Origin: Octopus sinensis
Taxonomy: Eukaryota
Assembly: GCF_006345805.1 (NCBI RefSeq)
Contig: NC_042998.1
Location: forward strand, 146,010,001-146,074,000
Length of the DNA stretch: 64,000 nt
Direction: 5' to 3'
Shown: positions 47,101 through 62,200 of the stretch, one piece after another
Position numbering within the stretch: the first letter of the stretch is position 1
How the letters are laid out: each line of letters opens with the position of its first letter
The notes under the pieces: generated by a model
The model's database searches: none
The model's input: only the letters and a program-made list of their open reading frames with translations
Told to the model about the DNA's origin: nothing
Position numbers and translations under genes: made by a program

Positions 47101-49027
47101 GCATCCAGCTGTAGAAACTCTGCCAGATCAAGACTGGAGCCTGATGCAGCCATCTGGTTCGCCAGCCCTCAGTCAAACCGTCAAACCCATGCTAGCATGG
47201 AAAGCAGACGTTAAACGATGATGATGATGATTTAATGTTTCCTTCATTACTCACTTAAACATTATTTCTTTAACCCTTTTGATACCAATGCCACCTTTTG
47301 GTACTGATGAAGTGATCTAAATTAAAACCTTCCATCAAAATTTCATGTTAATTTATGTTCCAAACTCTAACTTTAAAATAAGTTTTTTTACTAAAATTTT
47401 CATTATTTTAAAAATTAATTGATACAAAGACAATGTATTTCAACAGAAATATGGTAACAAAAGGGTTAATGATTGCATTTTATTTCCAAACAGAGGCTAA
47501 ACTAGTTTCCAATACATCATTACTTGTATGCATGTCAGTTATTTGTCAGTTTATCTGGGCCTGACATTCTCAGATCTGACCACATCACTTGTTATGTCTT
47601 CCTTGATCTACCTCTGTCATACACACACACACATACATATGTCATCTATTTACATATCTACTAAGGGATCAGTACAGTTACCACTATGTTATATACCATA
47701 AGTCAATGATGTTGAATTCTTGTCATTTCTCAACTCCCAGGAACCCAATGTTTACACATAAAAATCTTTAGTCACTACAATAATCCCTGAAGTCTAATAC
47801 AATAATCATTTTCAGTTTTAAAACTATATTTGTATTGATATAATGAAAGTGTATGATGGGTTGGGGGAGAAATATTTCAATATTTATATTAATAGTTTAA
47901 CTATTCTGATCATAACTCTTTTTCAAATATGTATCTCATTTGGTTTATCTCTCTGGAATATAACTGAGAAAACTTTGTAAGATAAAGTAAAATTCATCAT
48001 CAGCCAAGTGCCCTCCTGTGTCCAAGGGTCAGCTTGCCAAAAACTCTCCAGTTCCCTCTGTGTTGTGCTGCATACATACAATCAGCTAGGCTCTTGTTTC
48101 CAGTCCATTCTTTGATGTCAATCCATAACATTTGTGACAGCCTCTTGCTCTCTTCCTCGCCACATTTCCTGTCAGGAGGGTTTTGAGGCTTTGTGAAATA
48201 AACATCAGAGGTACTTTGTCCCAAGCAGAACCTGCAGACGTTTTTCAAGGTGTTACAAACTTTTTGTCTTACTTAATGGTGACTAAGTAATCACATTGTT
48301 GGGAACCATTCTGTATCTTCAGCAGATATCTCAGAGCCATGATCAGTTCATCCTTTAGCCTGAATGGAGCAGCAAGGGCTGGATTACACTTCTCTTGCAG
48401 AAGAGGTCCACCTACTTTCTTTTGTGAAGCACAACTGCCTTGAGCTGATCTCACCTGCCAGGGTTATCTTCCTTGTGGTTTTTCTTCAGTTGTTTGAGTA
48501 ATGCTGGTGTTGCATGCGGTCCTACAAGTTCAAATTCTGTTTAGAGCACTAAAAATGATAAAACCCAAAATAGAACATAAAAAGTACAATTGAATGTCTT
48601 TAAACACTAGCACTTTTCATAATGCCAAATCTACTTGTACAGATTTACTTTTCTAACCTCTCTACCTTCATTTATCTCCATTCCTATAATATGATACCAT
48701 TCAAAACTTACTGCCAACATGATCTGTATTTGCACTAACATTATATGGGGTTAAGGTACAAATTTGTTGCCATGAAAATTGAAGTGTTATTGTCAGTGAA
48801 CAGATGTATGCTTCAATTTGTGTGTATATATACACATATACTGTGTGCACACACATACACACAGGCATAGCTGTGTGGTTAAGAAGCTTGCTTCCCAACC
48901 ATGTGATCTCAAGTTCAGCCCCAACTGCACATCATCTTAGGTAAACATCTTCTATAGCCTGTGGCTGACTAAAGCCTTCTAAGTGGATTTATTAGACAGA
49001 ATCTAAGAAGCCTGCTATGTATGTATA

Positions 49028-49058
<31 letters not shown>

Positions 49059-50383
49059 CATCATCATCATCATTTAATGTTTGCTCTCCACACTGGTATG
49101 GGTCGGACGGTTTGACATGTTGTTTTGCTTCTAACCTTCCATGAAAAATGTCTGGCCATGGGGAAATATTACCTTGCTTGAAAATAGGTGAAGATGACAA
49201 CAGGATGAGCATCTGACCATAGAAAATCTGCCTTCTACAAATTCCATCTTGCCATGCAAACATGGTAAAGTGGACACTAAATGATGACAATGAATGAAGC
49301 ATACACACACTCTTACAGTTTACCTTGTTTTATTTGATTTAAATTTCTCTATTTTCCCCTCTCCTATTCTTTTGGATCCCAAATAGCTGATATCCAAGCT
49401 CTCCCTACCTCTCCCAATTTTTAATTCAACTTTGCTTCTGTTTTTTTTAAATGTCTACTTATTTCAGTTGTTGAATTGTGACCATACTGGGGTACCACCT
49501 TGAAGGATTTAGTCAAACAAATCAACCCCAGTACATATTTTTAGGTCTGGTTCTTAATCTATTGGTGTCTTCAATTGCCGACCAGTAGTGGGAGATAAAT
49601 ACACATATACATGTATATGAAGGGCTTTCATTTAATATCTGTCTAACCATATCTACTCACAAGGCTTTGGTCGGTCTGGGGCTGTAGTTGAAGACACTTG
49701 CCCAAGGTTCCACACAGCAGGACTGAATCCAAAAGTACATAATTGCGAAAAAAGGCCAAGTATTTTTCATTACCTCTTGTGTGTATCTTATTTAGTTGAA
49801 CAACTTGAGAAATGTATGTAAAATATTTGTGACTCACACATAAACCATTCTTGCAGGTTGTTAGCTCTGTTTCTAATATTTCTTGAGAAGTATTTTGTAT
49901 TTCAAAGGTTCTATCAGGTTTTAATGTTTTATAAAATCAAGAAACATTAACAATGTCTGAATACATACACACAATCTTCTCTGAAAGAAAGGAGCCAATG
50001 AGGGAGCATCTATATGGTCACTCAACTTCTTAGAAATAGCAGCAAAGCTCCTTCAAGTCACAGTCCTTCAAAGCTCCTTCAATCACTGGAATGGATATGT
50101 TGGTAATGTGATTCTTCTGAGTTGCATATAGGAAAAAGATGGGATGGTCATGACTAGAATATTTTTGATTAAAAGTCTGTACAATCAGGACTGATCTAGG
50201 GTTAAACAACCACTAATAGCTATCCCTCTGTGACATTCATGCATATTTCCCCCTCCAATAAAAGTATCATAAAATATATCCGAGACTGAGAATTTGTAAA
50301 AGCACACATGCTTATGATTTTATTGTTGCTATACCACTGTCATGTAAAATCATTTGGCAGCTGTTTTATTTAACCATTCACTG

Positions 50384-50428
<45 letters not shown>

Positions 50429-51900
50429 TTTTAAATTGAATTCTGCATGGTTTTTATTCTCCATGTTTCTCTCTTTGTCTTTCTAAACACAATGTATATC
50501 CAAAGTTGAAAGAAACACCAAGAGCTATTCACTGGTATTTGCTCTTTTTACTGCTGCTAAATGTTGTTGTTTTTATTTTTTTTAAATCTTTATTGTCAAC
50601 AATGGTTGGTGTGAGTACTTTTCTATGTGGTCATTTCATTGTATTTTTCTACTTTTATTTACTTCCTTAATCAGAATCCTCGGACATCCAAGGTAAGTTT
50701 AAATTCCCCCTCAAGCTGCTTACAAAAACAAGGCTTTAGTACTTACAATACAAATTTTTTAAAATCCAGAAATCAAGCATCCCATGGACAGTTTGCCTTA
50801 TTTAGTTTTTTTTTTTTTTATGGGAGCTAAAATGTTTATTTCAAACCCTTTGCCTTAAAAATAAAGCAAAATACCCCCTCCTCCAAGAAAAACCAACCCA
50901 GTCAAAATTACACCTTAAAATCAATGATGGAGTTGTTATTCCCTTACATTACACTATATCATACAACTGCTTTTGTGCCAACACAAAACCAATATATTGG
51001 TTTCTTTCACAAATATCTGAATTATGCATTTTACCTCAGCTTATTTTATGCATAATGCAGCAATCAATGGAATAATATGCCTACACTAGGAAGTTTCTCT
51101 TGAAATTTGAAGTTCAGAATGTTAGAAAAACTAAAACTAGTAGTTTGTAATTTTCAATAGGGAAATTATATGTGAGATTGGTCTATTGATGCATAAAGAT
51201 AAATTATGATTGCAAGAAAAGCTTGAAATCAGGTACACTCATAAGTAGTTTTGGAAGAAAGGTTAGCAACATACAATGAAGAGAAACAAGAACAAGGAGG
51301 GAACAATAAATTTATTTTTTCTGATGATATGTGAGTCCAATGAAAGGTGCTGACATCTTATTTGAGGACCTGAGCAAATTCAAAACTACATACAGGTGCT
51401 ATAAAATAAAGTTTATATCAATGAGCTTCTAAGTATGTTATTTATGAGATTAAATAATTTTATAGTATGAGGTTCCTTGCATATTAAGATAATTTTTCTT
51501 TTCTTCTTTTGAGATGTTTGATATACATGACAACAGATTAGGGTTTTATTTCTGTTTTGTTTTTCCTTCCAATGAAAATCTCTGCACCACTGAATATGGT
51601 TGTCATGTGTATGAATATGTCTTGGATGTCAACTTCCAAGAGGACAAGATATTTATATTGAAATCTTTTGTCCTAAAACTTGACACCTTGAAGTATTGGT
51701 CACCTCTGTAGATATCTAAATTATGTGTATTTACATAGGGGCAGGTATGTCTGTTTAGTTAAAAGGTTTGCTTTGCAACTACATGGTTTGAAAATTAGTC
51801 CCACTGCACAGCATCTTAAGCAAGCATCTTCTACTGTAGCCGTAGGTCAACCAATGCATTGTGAGTGAATTTGATACACATAAACTGTACAAAGTTTGCC

Positions 51901-51935
<35 letters not shown>

Positions 51936-54900
51936 TCTTTATATTTGTGCTTCTCTGAAAAACTGAGCTACAAAAGTGACATACTGTCAACTTCCTATCA
52001 ACACTTCATCTGGTTCTGTGCTTTCAAAACCTTTACTCAAAAAACAGGTAAGGATTTGTAGCAGAAACATTCCTGACTGTAAAACAATGCCTCAATAATA
52101 TATAAAAATTATATATTCATTTTAACCCATGCTAGCATGGAAAAATGAATAGAGCTTGTTTTGGGAAGGGCATCCAGCCATAATAACTATGCCAAAGCAG
52201 ACAGTAGAGCTTATTGCCGTTCCGTAGCTTGCCAGCTCCTGTCAAACCGTCTAATTCATGCCAACATGGAAAAAGGGACAATAAATGATTATGATGATAA
52301 TGGTATACAGATATTTATAGGTGTTTATGTGCACACACGACTGTGTTCAGTATTTATGTAGTATGCACAAAAACTGTTCTGTTTAAATTTATTTCACTGA
52401 CAGGATAAAAATTGAATAGAAATAAATAATTTTTAGCTTGAGAGAGGTTATCATATCAGTGAGACTTATAATTTAGATGTATGTTATACAGCTTTATTCT
52501 TCTAAAAACTGTTGATATCATTCATATATATATATATATATGCATACATATATATTTGTCAGTCGTCACAAAAAATGAGAGTATTCCCTTCTGCCACCCT
52601 CATGAAAGTTATCCTTTTGTAGGAATTCAGAAAAAATCGATAAAAATTCACAGCAGCAATTATTCATTTTTGTCTTTAAATATTCAAGTCTTTTTGGAGA
52701 CAGTGAGTTTCTTGTTACCCTCTTTTAGCCATTGCTATCAGGTAGTGAGCTTTGGAAATGAGATATAGAGCTAAAATGATTTGGAAGGTTTTGTTTTAGG
52801 CCACAAAGACCTAAAATTAAATTGCTGGACAAATCTATTTCCAGTTTCTTGTGTCAGAATGAGTGGAAGAATAATTTTTGCTTCCACTCAAAATAAGAAA
52901 GAGGTGAGGGAGTGTCCATGATGTTTGTGACCCCACCTGAAGGATAATAAAATTGGTAAGGATGACACACAGATTGAAGTCTGGGGTATGGAAATGGAAA
53001 AAAACATGCCAAGGAGAGGATTCTAAATGATTAGTCAACGTGGGTAATGGGAGCAGAAACAACTGGGATGGCAAGAAAAGGATAAAGATTGATGTGAAAC
53101 TGGTATGGGTTAGTGTGGATATAGTGAATAAAGTGAAGAACAAGTATATTTCCAATTATTTGGGTGCTAAGCACTCAATTTGTAAAGAAGATGGACTTGG
53201 AGACAACACAGTGGCTGCCACAAGACTTAAACTTCATATCCATGGGTTAAAAAAACTAAAGTAGTTTTATTACAGTTAATACATATTTGAGGAGGGATTA
53301 GCAAAAGAGAATAAAGTTATAACATTCAACTGATCTTGTTTGTTAGCTAGTATATATATATATCTATATATATACACACACAAATATACACTAAATAGAT
53401 TTTTGAATCATTCTGTTTATCATAATCATTGTTTTAATGTCAACTTTTCCCTGCTTGCATGGGTCAGATGGAGTTTATTGGAGCATAGTTTTCTACAGCC
53501 AGATTCCCTTCCTGTTTCCAGGCATAGCCAGACATGTTCTTCACAGAATATTGGAAATGAATGACACTGCTTATGTTACAGTGTCATTCACTTATAACTA
53601 CCACACAATGTCAAAGCAAGGAGACACAAACACACTTGCATACCTACATGTACAAACATACTTACACATACCTTCCTCTATCTATGTTTGGTAGTGAACA
53701 GGACAGTATACTGGTAGGAATAATAATAAGGTTAGAAGAAATGAAGAAATTGTTCCTTAGTTTATTTACAAAGATATACAGAAATTTTTCAAATTTTCCA
53801 AAGAAATGAAATAAAGTAAAATATTTACATTGTTACATTAAAAAAAATCTTCTGTCTAGTGCTTGAAGATGGTCTGATGGGCTTCTTTCAGCTTCCATCT
53901 ACCAAATGATGATGGCATGTGTTTTGCTGCTGCCAAAGATGAATGAGGACTTCAATAATACTTATGGTCATTCCAGCCATGTCTCTGTGCAGCCCCAAAT
54001 TATTAGCTCCATTAGAAAGACCCTCTACATTAACACTGCACATCCATTATATCACACATTTATTTGATTCGTCTCTGAGTACCAAACACTTTCTCTCCAT
54101 AACATCTATATACTATTATCATGTAACATCATACTCACACGTACAGCTTCCAAAGGCTTATGCTTTCAATAAGAAAAAGTTTAAAAAATTTTTTGTACTA
54201 GATTTCTTATTCTGTGCATTACTAACCAGTGCTTTGCTCTTTAAACTTCTCTTCCACATTTCACAGCAACTCTTATTGTAGAATCTTTCAAATATCAAGT
54301 ATATGTAGGACCAAACGCCTAAGTTGTAATCAGATGTGGTCTGTGTGTGTATGTGTATATATATATGGAGAGAGAGAGACCTGTTAAAACCAACCTGTAT
54401 ACTAAATTTCTTATGAAATTCACTGTGAATCCTGATATTACTTCTTGTATTCTCATGCATAGCATCTAACAATGCAGAGATATCAAATACATTTTTCAGG
54501 TCAACAAATGAAAAGTAAAGTTGTTTGGTCCTTAACTAAGCAGTTCTCTTGCAGTTGCATCATGAAACATGGAATTTGTGCTTCCATATTCTACTCCACC
54601 ACCAACAACAACAACTCTACTAATTTCTAAACCTACCACTGTTCTTGTTATTCAAACTTCTTCAACCTGAGTTTGTCAACCATAAATCCATGTGTTTGTG
54701 AGGGGTACCTTCTTCATCAGACTTTGATATTCAGTTATTTCCCTATCTCTTGCTGTAGGGAAGACAAAACATTGATTTACTTCTTGTGTCCACTTCTATA
54801 GATAATGACCAATTGGTTGGCTAGTTTTCTAACTTCCTATTTTTAATGGTAAAAACATTGAAGCTGTAGAATATTTACAAGTTGTTGTTTTTTCTTTTTC

Positions 54901-57392
54901 TCTTGGGATATTTCCTCCTTTGTAAACCAACATATCCATCCTGTTTTCTGCCATAATCCTCTAAATCCCCAGCTATGTTTATATCTTTATACAATGTGGT
55001 TGACAAGCTTACTTTCAAACCATGTGGTTTTGAATTCAGCTGCACTACATGGCAGCATGAGCAAGTGTTTTCTATTATAACTCCAGGCTGACCAAAGCCT
55101 TGTGAGTGAGTTTCATGGATGGAAACTGAAAGAAGCCCATCAAGTGTGTGTGTGAGTGTCTGTCTGTCACTGTCATACAAACAATGTTATTCATTTCCAA
55201 TATTCTGCAAAAACATGTCTGGTCATAAGGAAATATTACCTTGCTTGGAAATAGGTGAGGGTTGGTGACAGGAAGGGCATCCAGCTGTAGAAAACTTGCT
55301 TCGATAAACTCCATCTAACCAGTACAAACCTAGAAAAGTGGATATTAAAATGTGGATATTATCTTGGAATCAGTTTATTTCTTTCATCCATTAATCTTAT
55401 GTATGGAACATCATAAATAGAAATAAAGATATCATGTTGCCTATAACAACTTTGAATTTAATTATTCTGTTGCCTACTCTGGTTACCTCAGTTAACTATG
55501 CTGCAAATAACAAGGTAGGCAATGATGTGTGGTTAATAAGTTTTTTGCTTTCCAACATGATTTAGGGTTCAGTCCCATTGTGTACCATTTTAGTTTCTGA
55601 GTGAGTGGCTTCTGCTATATCCATGAGCTGAGTAAACTTATTAGAAGAAAACTGAAAGAAACCCATCATGTATATGTGTGTTTGTGCCGCCTCGTCTTGA
55701 CATCACTTGATAGTTGTGAATGGGCATGACTGACATACAGTCAGTGTAATTTATTTCCAATCTTCCAGAAAGCAAGTAAGGGTTGGCATCAAGAAGCATA
55801 TCCAGCCATAGAAAATATACCTCAACCAATTCTCTCTTACTCATGCAAGCATGGAAAAGTGAACATTAAAACAATAATGACGATGTTACACCTGTGCCAG
55901 CTATCACATTTAAATTAGCTTTGTTCCACAGCAAACTGTGTTAAAGTTAACTTTACTGAGATTCTGTTAAGGAAATATGTTGTGTTGGTATTTGTATCTC
56001 CCTAAAAAAGGCAGATTGTATAAGTGTGATGTAGCATGGTAATGGTTTTGAATATAGATGTGAAAGACTAGGTCTTGTTAGATGTGTATGGTTAACTTGT
56101 ATGAAAATCAGAGCACATGTAAAATATGAATATGGCTGGATTTCATAGGTACACATTGATGGAAACTATACTGATGTGGACTTGGGTTGTCAATGAAGAA
56201 GTTCAAGCAAAAGTGTTTAACCCTTTCATTACCAACCCAGCTTAAACCAGCTCTGGCTCTGAATACAAATGTCTTGTTTTCATAAGTTTTGAATTAAAAT
56301 CTTCCACCAAACCTTAGTCACAATTTATGTTCCTAACACTAGCTAAATGATAACTAAGTTATTTTACTAAATTCTTTGTTGTATTTAAAGTAATTGAAAG
56401 AAATACAGTAACGAAAGGGCTAAGTCAAATATCAGGATGTTGAGCCTTATATATGAAATGACAATGGATTAAAACAAGTGGCAATATGCTATAAAATAGG
56501 ATCAACTATCTCAGGCCAACTTGACAAAATGGACAATAAAATGATGATGATACAAGTATTTGTCGCTGAAATATATCCATTTTCTTTCTAGGAATAGTAG
56601 TCTCTTTGTGTATATTTATCAACAGTTACTGTATGGTTAAGAGGCTTGCTTCCCAACCGTGTAGTCTCAGGTTCAGTTCCACTACACAGCACTTTTGGTA
56701 GATATTTTCTGTTATAGCACCAGGCCATGTGTGTGAATGAGCATGAATGCAGATATTTTGCTTGTTGCCATTTAAGCACTTTCAAAGATCTGTGGAATAT
56801 AAAGATCCTTTACTTGAAAATCATCTGGCTATAAAATCCTTTCTCAAAATCAATAGAAATAACTTCATTTTTTTGAATTTTGCTAAAACTGGTTTGGGCA
56901 ATATCTTTTGTTATAAAAAACATTTTTTTAAAATTATTGACCCTGTCATAAATAAGAACAAGATATCGAGGATACAATGCAACTAGCATGCTGTCACTAT
57001 AAAAAGGTTAAACTTTACTTAATGGCACTACTTCAGAAATTCATGGAATACATATTGTATTTATGAACACAAACAGAAGGGTTTGTAAAGGATGGGTGGA
57101 TTAGGCTATTTCATTATTTGACTTAATCATTTAGACTAAACATTAGTTATATTACTATGCTTCACATAGTCAACTAGAAATAATTGTGCATATATATATA
57201 TTTATATATAATAGAAAAGGATATTTTATCTTGACATAAATATAGAAGCTTCATCTCTATGAAACAGTTCTTGGAAGAGAAGCTGTCAAGCATGGTATCC
57301 ACTAGATATAGAGTATATGAAATATAAAGTAAGATCAGTGCTCTTAAAATGCATGGCTTTAAAAACAAAAGTTTAGAATATAGTTTTGCTTT

Positions 57393-57434
<42 letters not shown>

Positions 57435-59228
57435 ATCAGAGATGTACTTATCTGGCAAGTGATATGATCTGAGTGTGTTGAAACTAAAACAATTACAGCA
57501 TGGAAGATACGTATGTACCATTCAAACACTAAAAAACTACTGACTTCTTTTAATCCTTTATTATTTTGTGTAAAAAAATTTCATCGCACTGTCTGCAACC
57601 TGGTCACCAACACAGTTCTACTTGAACTGGTTTAAAACAAGGTTATTGGCCAACATATTTATACAGGTCAATTGTTCTGACCAAATAAACTGACCCACAA
57701 CAGGTTGTTGGTGATAATAACCAGAATTACTAACCTTTATGGATGAAAAAAAAATATTAAAAACCCTGTGGCCTATATATACTGGACAACAGCCTTGTTT
57801 TAAACCAGTTCAAGTAGAACTGTGTCAGTGACTCAGAGATACTGTGAGTAAAAAATTTTATGCCAAAAAATAAAGGTTTAAGTGAAGTTAACAGATTTTA
57901 TGTTTTTTTTCAAATGGCTAACGTGTCTTCCACACTGTAATTGAGATATATAAAGGTTTGTGTCTTGTTCTATGATGAAAAATAGTTACTGTCTAGTGTA
58001 TACAGTTTTGTGCATTCTTCTGTAAAGAAATAATCGTATCAGGATTGCTGTAAATAGTCAATAATCGTTGATGAATTTATGAATATTTTTCTTTAAGTTA
58101 CCCTTGGCATGTGTAAATTTGAGTTTCGTAGTAAAATAAAATGAATCCAAAAACTGTATTGACTTTCATTTATTTCTGTTGTAGGCTTATGATGTTAGTG
58201 CAATTAGTAACATTTGGCTGGTAAGCTAATTAATCTAAATGGAATATATGCATCTGTCAATGTAGTTCCTATCACACCGCCAAATCTCTTCATTTTTCCT
58301 TCCATTTTTCTTTATTCCAGACATTTCACCTGAGTTTTACAGAAAGTAAGATATGATGTGAAGAGCAAAAATTTCTTTCTTTTCTTCCATTGAGCACTTC
58401 ATATAAACTATCTTCCCCTTTTGTTTACCATATTTCTATTGAAATATACTACTTTTGTTTCAATTAATTTTGAAAACCGTGAAGAATTTAATAAAATATC
58501 TTTGTCATGATAACCCTTTTGTTACCATAGTGAAGAATTTGACTTTGACTGGGGTTTGGAACATAAATTGAAATTTGATAGGTTTTAATTTAGATCACTT
58601 CAAAACAGGAAGTTTTTATCATAGAACCAGAAGCTGTTTTGGGCAGGTTGGTATCAAAAGGGTTAAGCTAGTATTTGAAGCATTAATTAACCTGAAAGTT
58701 TGGTGGAGTGTTTTAATTTGGGTAATTTTAAACAGGAAGGATTATCGTAGAACCAGGGGTGGTTTCAGACAGGTTGGTATCAAAAGGGTTAACAACAACA
58801 ACAACAACAAAAAGGAAAAGGTACAGCTGTAGCCTAAATGTAAACAGTTTTCTTTTAATGTTTGTTAGGTGGGTGGGAATAACAATATTGAAAATACTAG
58901 TATTTTCCATAATGTGAAATTTTCTTTTGTGTTCAGGATATGTCTACAGAACTTGTGGAAGGGCTCGAGGTATTGTTTCATTTGATTGCATGTTGTTACC
59001 AACAGAAAACAAAGTGATTTTCACAATAAAAAAATTCCTTAATTTTTTTCTTGTCAGCAGCTTATAACTTTTAAACCATTGGAGTGACACTTAATTACAT
59101 TGTTTATTAAGACCCGTAAAATACATTTTCTTTGTATAATTAATTCTACTTTTCTCTTTCCAATTCAACTATTAGCACTGTGAGTTTTAACAAACAATAA
59201 AACAATATTTCATATATATATATATATA

Positions 59229-59263
<35 letters not shown>

Positions 59264-62200
59264 TTATTTTTTTTTTAATTTCAGTGTGTCATTTACAATT
59301 TTTTTTAAACTTGTTTATAATTTTTGTTGTATTTTTCTGAGTGATTCATAATAATTTTTCTAAATTCTGTTGGAAAACGATGTTTTTTAATATCAAGATT
59401 CAGGTTACAGAAGATACAGGTTTTCATTAAACAATATCGTTTTAATTAAAACTAGTAAACTATAATTAACAGCAACAGCACCTATTTAAGTAAGTTTTAC
59501 ATTAATTATAACTGTTGATATTTTCACTGTTGTTCACTAATTAAAACATAAAATGTTGCAAATATATTTACCCATAAATTATATTATGTAACAGGAATAA
59601 TGTTGGAATATATGTGCAAGACAGCATATGTGTGTGTATGTATAGCCTGTATACATGTATGTATATGTGTATGCATGCAATGTATACATTATGAATATTT
59701 GTGTATAGACTTATGTTTATCTTTATTTGGGCAAATAGTTATATGTATAGGTGTGTTTGTGAAATAGGTAAGTTTTTGTCCAGGTTCTTCAATTTAAAAC
59801 AGGCACTTCACTCATTTCCATAATAATTCTCTACCCTAAAGTATTACATTCACTTTTGATTAGAAGATGAAACACCATTGTAGTATTTTTTAAGTACTCT
59901 TAATCACACGCAATCACTAGGTGTAATCTAATTATTCCTGACATATATCATAGTGCAGTATCTTTGAAAGAATTCTTTGTACATCAACCATAAAATTTGA
60001 TAATATTTAATGTATTTTTCTTATCTAAACAGGTAATACTTTGTGAGCAAAATATGTCTGTTTGTTTGGCTGAGAAAACAAGTGTGAATTCCTTGAAATT
60101 TTGTGTGTTTAGCTTTGCAATTTAAAAAAAAAAGTTACATTGTCAGAACACATTTGTCAGACCAGACCTCCACCCCAACTAAAATTTCTTCACATGATTA
60201 ATTTTTCTCTCTGTCACATCTCTCTTCACTTTTATCCACTCACCATTTTACCTGTCTTCATGCATGATTTCAAGAATGCTTCAAATATATCATCATCTCA
60301 CATCTGTTTTCCACGCTGACACGGGGTTGGACAGTTCAACAGTAACTGATGAGTCAGCTATGCCAAGCTCTACTGTTTGTTTTAACATGGTTTCCATGGC
60401 TGGATGCTCTTCCTAATGCCAACTACTTTACAAAGTGTACTGGGTAATTTTGTGTATCTGTGTAACACCAGCCCTAGGAAACTAGTAAGACAAGACTCCT
60501 CAACTGAGGGAGGTGACTTTAAGCTAGATATTGAGAGGTTAGAGTATGGTGGAGGGACAGGAACATGTCAGCATGAAAGACATTAAATATTGATGATATA
60601 CATGCACACACACATACACTACCTCTAAACTAAAAATGCTGTAAAGTCTTGGTGTTACAAAGACAAGGAAAGGTTAGAGGCAAAGACACTTTAGATGTTA
60701 TAGAACTTTTCAAGGAACTCTTACTTCAAATGGAAGCACTTATTCCAATATTCTTCCAATAAAAAAAACAATTGCCCTTCATTACAATACTGAATTAAAC
60801 CAAAGTACTTTTCAAATAATAATCATTACTAATCACTAAAATACTGAACTTAATTTCTGTTCTTTTCTTATGCTTTTCTGTTGGAATAATATTGAGTGTG
60901 TATAAAGTAAGTGGAAATAATATGCCAGGATTTACAACTGAGGTTATTATTAAATGAACAAACAAAATAAAACAGAAATATTCCAGTCTTTTTACCTTGT
61001 TTAAGGGGAACTCAGGAAAGTATGTTGATATTACCAACTGCCAATGTCATATTACTGACAACCATAGTCATTCATTGTTCTTTAACTATTCAAAGCCAGT
61101 CACACTTGTTTCAGTAGAGATAAGTCTAAATTTTCTAGATAAAGTAGGAATTGTAAATCTATTCTGTATCTTGATTTCATTCTAGTGTAATTGATTGTTA
61201 AATGTATTTTGGTATCAATGAAATGTAGTATATTATTAAGGCAGTAGACTGGCAAAATTGTTAGCATGTCAATATGTTCTTAATTCAAATGCTACAGGGA
61301 TCAAACTTGCCTTTCATAAAATAAAGTACCAGTTAAATAGAGGTTGATGTAAGCAAATAACCTCTCTCCCCAAAATTTCAGGCAGTGTTCCTTTATCATT
61401 ATTAATTTATGAAGACTATTGTGAATCTTCATGAAGGTAAATCCGCAATTAGAAGAGTGCAGTATGTAATAAAACACAGATTAACTTTGTTTATCGAATA
61501 TTATTTCAACAATATATCTAGGAAAGAATGCAGAACAGACCAGTTGTGAATTTTTGAATTTCCATGTATTTTTCAATTTTCATTATTATTGTCTTATTTT
61601 GAACCCGAAAAAGATATAAAGTCAATCTGTGTTTTTTTTTTTTACATACCATGCTGTTCTAATTGTGTATTATTATTATTAAAGTAGCAAGCTGGCACAA
61701 TTTATATGTTCAGTTCAAATTTCACCAAGGTCAACTTTGCCTTTCATCCTTTCTGGGTTGATAAAATAAGTACCAGTTGAACACTGGGGTCAATGAAATT
61801 GACTAATCCCCATCCTCCTAAAATTGTTGGCTTTGTACTATAATTTGAAATCATTAAAGACATCGAGCTGTCAGAATTGTTAGCACATTGGACAAAATGC
61901 TTAGTAGCTTTTCTTCTGGCGCTTAACATTCTAAGTTCAAATCCCACCAAGGTCATAAATTAAATGCTAGTTGAGTACTAAGCTTAGTGTAAACAACTGA
62001 CCCTTACCCTTAAAATTACTGGCCATGTGCCAAAAATTGAAACCATTATTATTTATTATAATATATTTCTTGTTATTCTTAAATCTTTAGAGCATTGTTG
62101 CTGTCATATCTTTTAAAAATTAACACTTAATTTTCATTTACGATATTTAGTTTGAATTAAAAATTGACTTCTGTAAACTGAAAGCTATTCTTCAAATCTT

